A DNA stretch of 45,665 bases from Octopus bimaculoides (lineage: Eukaryota). The notes beneath the pieces are model-generated. The model saw only the letters and a list, made by a program, of their open reading frames with translations, was not told the DNA's origin and searched no databases. Shown here piece by piece: positions 44,360 to 45,665 of this stretch. Each line of letters opens with the position of its first letter. Positions within the stretch are counted from its first letter, which is position 1. A program made the position numbers and the translations under genes. Where the stretch lies: the NCBI RefSeq assembly GCF_001194135.2, contig NC_068987.1, positions 48,393,134 to 48,438,798 on the forward strand, in the 5' to 3' direction.

Positions 44360-45565
44360 TGAACCAAATTCGACGACTGGAAAGTGAACATTAAACGATG
44401 ATGATGTATGTATGTATATATAAAGTGAAAGTTTAGACTAAAGAACATAACCACATGAAGAAAATGTCACTAAAGGGTTTTTTTTTTTTTCACAATATGA
44501 GCCAAATATCAGTTTGAAGAAAAAGATTTTCTTACCTCAAGTTCTGGCAGTAAATGAAGAATATCTGGAAGAGTGATCAGGCGATTTTGGCTTAGAAGAA
44601 GTTTCTTTAGTTTACCACATCTGAAAAAGAAAATATATATTTAAATATTCATTCAATAATTTTATATGAAGATCAGTTTTGATTTAGTGAGTCTAATGCA
44701 TCTGAAATTTTGATCTTCTGACATAACTGAAGATGGACATATAACTTTTGTATATTATTCTTACTTTCTGATTACAAGTAAATGAACTGGTATAAAACAA
44801 AAACAACGCTTGTGTCCAGCAAATGTAAGATGATATCCATGTTTAAACAGTGGAGCATCAATAACTCTAATTCTAAATTTCAAATCCTTAATTGGATAAC
44901 TTTATTCTTACCTGTAGAAAGAACATACACAAAAACTAATGAAGTTTTTACAGGGTTACTTAATCTGCTAGAAATAGCAACCATATTACTTTCAGGTGAC
45001 ACTGTACTGTCTTAAAAAAAGGAGGAATGACATATAAGATGATGTGGTCTGAGATAAACTTATGACAACATGGAAAATAAGACACTTTTAATTGTAGATC
45101 TGCATAGTCAGAATTGACTTGGGACTAAACACCACCACCAATAATAACAAATATTTCGTTAGACATGCATTACATGTCCATAGCTGAATAGCTGACTTTT
45201 TCTTGCAGACACCAACCAATATCTTTATTCGCTAAATGTTCTCTTCCTTTCTTTCTCTCTCAGCTCAGATGCTTTACTTTCCAGGTAATGAATGTTACAC
45301 ATCTATGGGAATATAATTATTCTATTTCTTTCTTTCTAATATCTTGCATATTTAATGACCAATGATACATTTATGTTATTGTTGTTATACTTTAAATGGA
45401 AACTCACCTGCAAAGTCCTTCAGGAATCATCTCAAGGTTGTTGTCAGTGGCGCTGAAAATTTCCAGATTATGCAGTTTTCCAATACTAGCAGGGATGCCA
45501 TCAAAATCCAGCTTGTTACTGTTCACATATAGTTTCTTAAGAGAGCCAAGTTTATGCAGTGAAGA
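268..45565 (-). CDS. FLII: Flightless-1 homolog (LRR plus gelsolin-like repeats), partial multi-exon gene, 25 coding exons in window
   Basis: The spliced translation matches FLII hallmarks recalled from the human/fly protein: [146 protein letters not shown]. All 24 internal introns are GT-AG with compatible phase; 2727 nt in total. Confidence 0.97.
950..1042 (-). CDS. FLII: FLII exon E24: [31 protein letters not shown]
   Basis: Acceptor tttcattccag, donor CAG|gtaaaa; 93 nt. Confidence 0.96.
1775..2973 (+). mobile_element. 5'-truncated RTE-clade LINE (RT C-terminal part plus 3' tail), interrupted by an N gap
   Basis: Stop-free frame [32 protein letters not shown]...[46 protein letters not shown] up to the gap; after the gap, tail ccaacccatgctagcatggaaagcggacgttaaacgac(gat)n. 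Confidence 0.85.
2132..2769. other. Assembly gap (638 N) inside an RTE copy
   Basis: N run flanked by the RT coding part and the tail of the same family. Confidence 0.99.
3541..3613. repeat. (TG)n(GA)n compound microsatellite about 60 nt into the intron after E23
   Basis: Direct reading. Confidence 0.95.
3676..3765 (-). CDS. FLII: FLII exon E23: [30 protein letters not shown]
   Basis: Acceptor tatgttgcag, donor AGA|gttagt; 90 nt. Confidence 0.94.
4971..5278 (-). mobile_element. tRNA-derived SINE (octopus-type), copy 1
   Basis: tRNA-like head at the high-coordinate end and a conserved body (gttccagttgatctgatca, gaaatacaggtactactcatttttgccagctgagtggactgga) shared with 5865-6175. Confidence 0.7.
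5485..5608 (-). CDS. FLII: FLII exon E22: [41 protein letters not shown]
   Basis: Acceptor ttctcttcag, donor AAA|gtaagt; 124 nt. Confidence 0.96.
5865..6175 (-). mobile_element. tRNA-derived SINE, copy 2 (same family and orientation as 4971-5278)
   Basis: Collinear high similarity to 4971-5278. Confidence 0.7.
6895..7265 (+). mobile_element. tRNA-derived SINE with central microsatellite-like tract
   Basis: Head gctggcatgagtgtgtggttgagaagc..gggtttagttcca..gtggcaccttgggcaa; related copies at about 33512-33880 (+) and 37643 (+), and in reverse at about 4545-4660, 23140-23270, 34990-35100 and 43850-43970. Confidence 0.65.
7313..7530 (+). mobile_element. tRNA-derived SINE of the family nested at 37790-38002
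   Basis: aaggcagcgagctggcagaaacattagc..gttctgagttcaaattcc..tcctttcgaggtcgataaattaag. Confidence 0.7.
8425..8462 (-). CDS. FLII: FLII exon E21: [12 protein letters not shown](C)
   Basis: Acceptor ttttgtacag, donor TG|gtaagt; 38 nt; resembles human INTDSSLLNSEFC. Confidence 0.92.
9781..9997 (-). CDS. FLII: FLII exon E20: [72 protein letters not shown]
   Basis: Acceptor ttattttcag, donor CAG|gtatag; 217 nt. Confidence 0.96.
10640..11340 (+). mobile_element. CR1/L2-like LINE RT C-terminal remnant
   Basis: ORF 10745-11029 [36 protein letters not shown] resembles the CR1/L2 motif LYKSLVRPHLEYASPVWSP..LEKVQRRAT. Confidence 0.7.
11367..11478. repeat. Tandem repeat, 25-nt unit about 4.5 times, with 50-nt higher-order period
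   Basis: tgtactgtgtatatactttagtct(t/g) repeated with alternating variants. Confidence 0.9.
11673..11862 (-). CDS. FLII: FLII exon E19: [62 protein letters not shown](S)
   Basis: Acceptor ttgtttgtag, donor AG|gtttgt; 190 nt. Confidence 0.96.
12030..12490 (+). mobile_element. Second, more decayed copy of the same CR1/L2-like remnant
   Basis: Collinear similarity to 10700-11180 (aatgtagcctrggcattat, cttrtycagaata, ctagcagctg, cacaagattatcc, tgcttataaaat). Confidence 0.7.
13446..13542 (-). CDS. FLII: FLII exon E18: [32 protein letters not shown](G)
   Basis: Acceptor tttttcacaag, donor G|gtacat; 97 nt. Confidence 0.95.
13947..16092 (-). mobile_element. 5'-truncated decayed RTE-clade LINE (RT domain, 3' UTR with internal tandem repeats, (GAT)n tail)
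   Basis: ORF fragments 15614-16093, 15341-15595 and 14873-15118 carry RT motifs (KGKGDAL...[46 protein letters not shown]). The catalytic YADD reads YGDE and there are frameshifts. Same family as 1775-2973. Confidence 0.9.
16350..16405 (+). ncRNA. Type I hammerhead ribozyme motif (minimal, Penelope-like architecture)
   Basis: Sequence taacaaaactgt-CCGATGA-acg(ggaa)cgt-GAAA-ctc(t)gag-TA-acagctttttgtta. Stem I has 4+8 bp, stem II has a GNRA loop, stem III is palindromic, and the cleavage triplet is GUA. Confidence 0.75.
16468..16990 (+). mobile_element. 3' fragment of a second RTE-type LINE family (post-RT region and terminal Cys/His motif)
   Basis: Translation with stops and frameshifts: [76 protein letters not shown]. 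Confidence 0.75.
17486..17569 (-). CDS. FLII: FLII exon E17: [28 protein letters not shown]
   Basis: Acceptor tttctttcag, donor GCA|gtaagt; 84 nt, phase 0/0. Confidence 0.95.
18216..18943 (+). mobile_element. Internally deleted RTE 3' fragment with UTR repeats and tail
   Basis: Homologous by eye to 13947-14830 in the opposite orientation; ends ccaacccatgctagcatggaaagcggatgttaaacgatga. Confidence 0.75.
18529..18538. other. Assembly gap (10 N)
   Basis: N run. Confidence 0.99.
19300..19940 (-). mobile_element. RTE tail and 3' UTR-derived element with tandem units and a terminal inverted duplication
   Basis: Reverse tail catcatttaa...ttccatgctggcatgggttggac followed by repeated ggtgctttttacatgc units. 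Confidence 0.65.
20594..20702 (-). CDS. FLII: FLII exon E16: [36 protein letters not shown]
   Basis: Acceptor ttgttttcag, donor AAG|gtaaag; 109 nt. Confidence 0.95.
21181..21300 (+). mobile_element. Truncated tRNA-derived SINE head
   Basis: Pol III A box TGGCATAGTGG and B box GAGTTCAATTCC, but no 3' acceptor stem. Confidence 0.6.
21757..21870 (-). CDS. FLII: FLII exon E15: [37 protein letters not shown](G)
   Basis: Acceptor aactaacag, donor GG|gtaagt; 114 nt. Confidence 0.96.
21989..22076 (-). CDS. FLII: FLII exon E14: [28 protein letters not shown](W)
   Basis: Acceptor gttatttcag, donor TG|gtaagt; 88 nt. Confidence 0.95.
23281..23500. mobile_element. TTAA-flanked (piggyBac-type) MITE, family A
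   Basis: ttaa|tcctttcgttacc ... gtaacaaaaggg|ttaa; decayed relatives at about 3311-3503, 39627-39849, 40480-40600 and 41050-41210. Confidence 0.75.
23922..24006 (-). CDS. FLII: FLII exon E13: [28 protein letters not shown](V)
   Basis: Acceptor taaattccag, donor G|gtaaca; 85 nt. Confidence 0.95.
24468..24785. mobile_element. Non-autonomous hAT (Charlie/MER5-like) MITE, 318 bp
   Basis: TIRs caatggttctcaaac and ggttgagaaccattg; 8-bp flanks atctagag and atctgaag resemble the Charlie-type NTCTAGAN target. Confidence 0.8.
24870..25390 (+). mobile_element. Old RTE-type LINE RT C-terminal remnant
   Basis: Degenerate translation [48 protein letters not shown], typical of RTE RT thumb regions. Confidence 0.65.
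26112..26306. mobile_element. TTAA-flanked MITE, family B
   Basis: ttaa|ttctttagcatt ... aatgttaaaggg|ttaa; reverse-orientation relative at about 6455-6660 (shared aatgacattgtagg block). Confidence 0.7.
28660..29115 (-). mobile_element. Old RTE-type LINE 3' remnant
   Basis: Degenerate translation [60 protein letters not shown]. Confidence 0.7.
29411..29540 (-). CDS. FLII: FLII exon E12: [43 protein letters not shown]
   Basis: Acceptor cacattaatag, donor AGA|gtaagt; 130 nt. Confidence 0.95.
30024..30139 (-). CDS. FLII: FLII exon E11: [38 protein letters not shown](R)
   Basis: Acceptor ctttactacag, donor AG|gtaaac; 116 nt. Confidence 0.94.
30308..30364. repeat. 57-nt segment identical to 31957-32013
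   Basis: tcttgcttccaggtaacttgacaatacaccttgcctcagaggcatggaagatacaag occurs twice. Confidence 0.95.
30991..31047 (-). CDS. FLII: FLII exon E10: [19 protein letters not shown]
   Basis: Acceptor tttatttcag, donor CGA|gtaagt; 57 nt, phase 0/0. Confidence 0.9.
31138..31293 (-). mobile_element. Short, young 5'-truncated RTE tail insertion
   Basis: Nearly identical to the reverse complement of 2805-2973, apart from a short deletion and a few substitutions. Confidence 0.8.
31957..32013. repeat. 57-nt segment identical to 30308-30364
   Basis: Direct comparison of the two segments. Confidence 0.95.
32810..32995 (-). CDS. FLII: FLII exon E9: [62 protein letters not shown]
   Basis: Acceptor ttaaatttag, donor ATT|gtgagt; 186 nt. 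Confidence 0.96.
33241..33353 (-). CDS. FLII: FLII exon E8: [37 protein letters not shown]
   Basis: Acceptor tttttgcatag, donor CCA|gtaagt; 113 nt. Confidence 0.96.
34079..34550. repeat. Minisatellite, 20 units of 23 nt (consensus agtagaggtcgtagcactgctac)
   Basis: Units counted directly; two 6-nt inserts (agttgc, agttac). Confidence 0.95.
35356..35406 (-). CDS. FLII: FLII exon E7 (gelsolin repeat 1 start): [16 protein letters not shown]
   Basis: Acceptor tgtttttcag, donor A|gtgagt; 51 nt. Confidence 0.93.
35961..38303 (-). pseudogene. hAT transposase pseudogene (GTF2IRD2/ZBED5/SPIN-like), frameshifted and split by SINEs
   Basis: Fragments in order: [21 protein letters not shown]..(SINE)..[16 protein letters not shown] (BED-like finger), [76 protein letters not shown]. 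Confidence 0.88.
37643..38228 (+). mobile_element. tRNA-derived SINE inserted in the transposase, itself containing a second SINE (37790-38002)
   Basis: Head ggaggagtggctgtgtgataag..ggttcagtccc; the outer element is interrupted at agaaac, which is repeated at 37784-37789 and 38003-38008. Confidence 0.8.
38442..39089. other. Assembly gap (648 N) in the 5' region of the hAT element
   Basis: N run. Confidence 0.99.
40077..40159 (-). CDS. FLII: FLII exon E6: [27 protein letters not shown](G)
   Basis: Acceptor ttaattctag, donor G|gtatgg; 83 nt. Confidence 0.93.
40625..40695 (-). CDS. FLII: FLII exon E5 (linker): [23 protein letters not shown](K)
   Basis: Acceptor atgtttccag, donor AA|gtgagc; 71 nt. 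Confidence 0.9.
40851..40930 (-). CDS. FLII: FLII exon E4 (linker): [26 protein letters not shown]
   Basis: Acceptor tttcttttag, donor AAG|gtcgga (weak); 80 nt; resembles human PKDPMARKMRLRRRKD. Confidence 0.9.
41545..41584. repeat. (CA)n(CAGA)n microsatellite
   Basis: Direct reading. Confidence 0.9.
42110..42263 (-). CDS. FLII: FLII exon E3 (end of LRR, linker): [51 protein letters not shown]
   Basis: Acceptor tttttgcttag, donor G|gtaagt; 154 nt. Confidence 0.95.
42300..43085 (+). mobile_element. RTE 3' fragment and tail, about 40 nt from the E3 acceptor, interrupted by a MITE
   Basis: ORF 42394-42600 ([28 protein letters not shown]) is homologous to the 14.6-14.8 kb region; the tail resumes after 42996. 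Confidence 0.7.
42771..42995. mobile_element. Long-TIR (foldback-type) MITE inserted into an RTE tail
   Basis: Inverted arms catcaattcactgcagggaaagttcactaccatcgattcactg and cagtaaattgatggtggtcaactttccctgcagtgaattgatg; gttaggaa is duplicated on both sides (42763-42770, 42996-43003). Confidence 0.65.
43971..44050. repeat. (TG)n(TA)n compound microsatellite
   Basis: Direct reading. Confidence 0.95.
44536..44620 (-). CDS. FLII: FLII exon E2 (LRR): [28 protein letters not shown]
   Basis: Acceptor tctttttcag, donor GAG|gtaaga; 85 nt. Confidence 0.95.
45408..45565 (-). CDS. FLII: FLII exon E1 (LRR): [52 protein letters not shown](R)
   Basis: Acceptor ttttataccag, donor AG|gtgagt; 158 nt. Confidence 0.93.
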
Positions 45566-45620
45566 CTGGTATAAAATAAAGTATATATACATATATATTA
45601 AAACTATATACAAATATATT

Positions 45621-45624
<4 letters not shown>

Positions 45625-45665
<41 letters not shown>
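45625..45665. repeat. (CT)n microsatellite; a GA tract on the transcript just upstream of E1
   Basis: Direct reading. Confidence 0.95.

Overview
AT-rich eukaryotic genomic DNA; the repeat landscape suggests an octopod cephalopod (inference). The window holds the central and 3' part of a flightless-1 gene (FLII, leucine-rich repeats plus gelsolin-like domains) on the minus strand. I traced 25 consecutive GT-AG coding exons from 45565 down to 268. They total 2727 nt (909 codons) with compatible phases and no internal stop. The 5' LRR exons and the final exon lie outside the window. Exon numbers used below (E1-E25) are window-relative, in transcript order. The introns contain several RTE-clade LINE fragments, two CR1/L2-like remnants, many tRNA-derived SINEs, TTAA-flanked and hAT MITEs, minisatellites and microsatellites. 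There is also one nearly full-length decayed hAT (Buster/Charlie/SPIN-like) transposon with TIRs, an 8-bp TSD and nested SINEs. Three N gaps are present. The best unexpected signal is a compact type I hammerhead-ribozyme fold at 16350-16405 (+). Other oddities are a PHD-type finger inside an RTE reverse transcriptase, a perfectly duplicated structured 57-mer around exon E10, a 23-nt hairpin-unit minisatellite, and fold-back repeats able to form dsRNA in the pre-mRNA.
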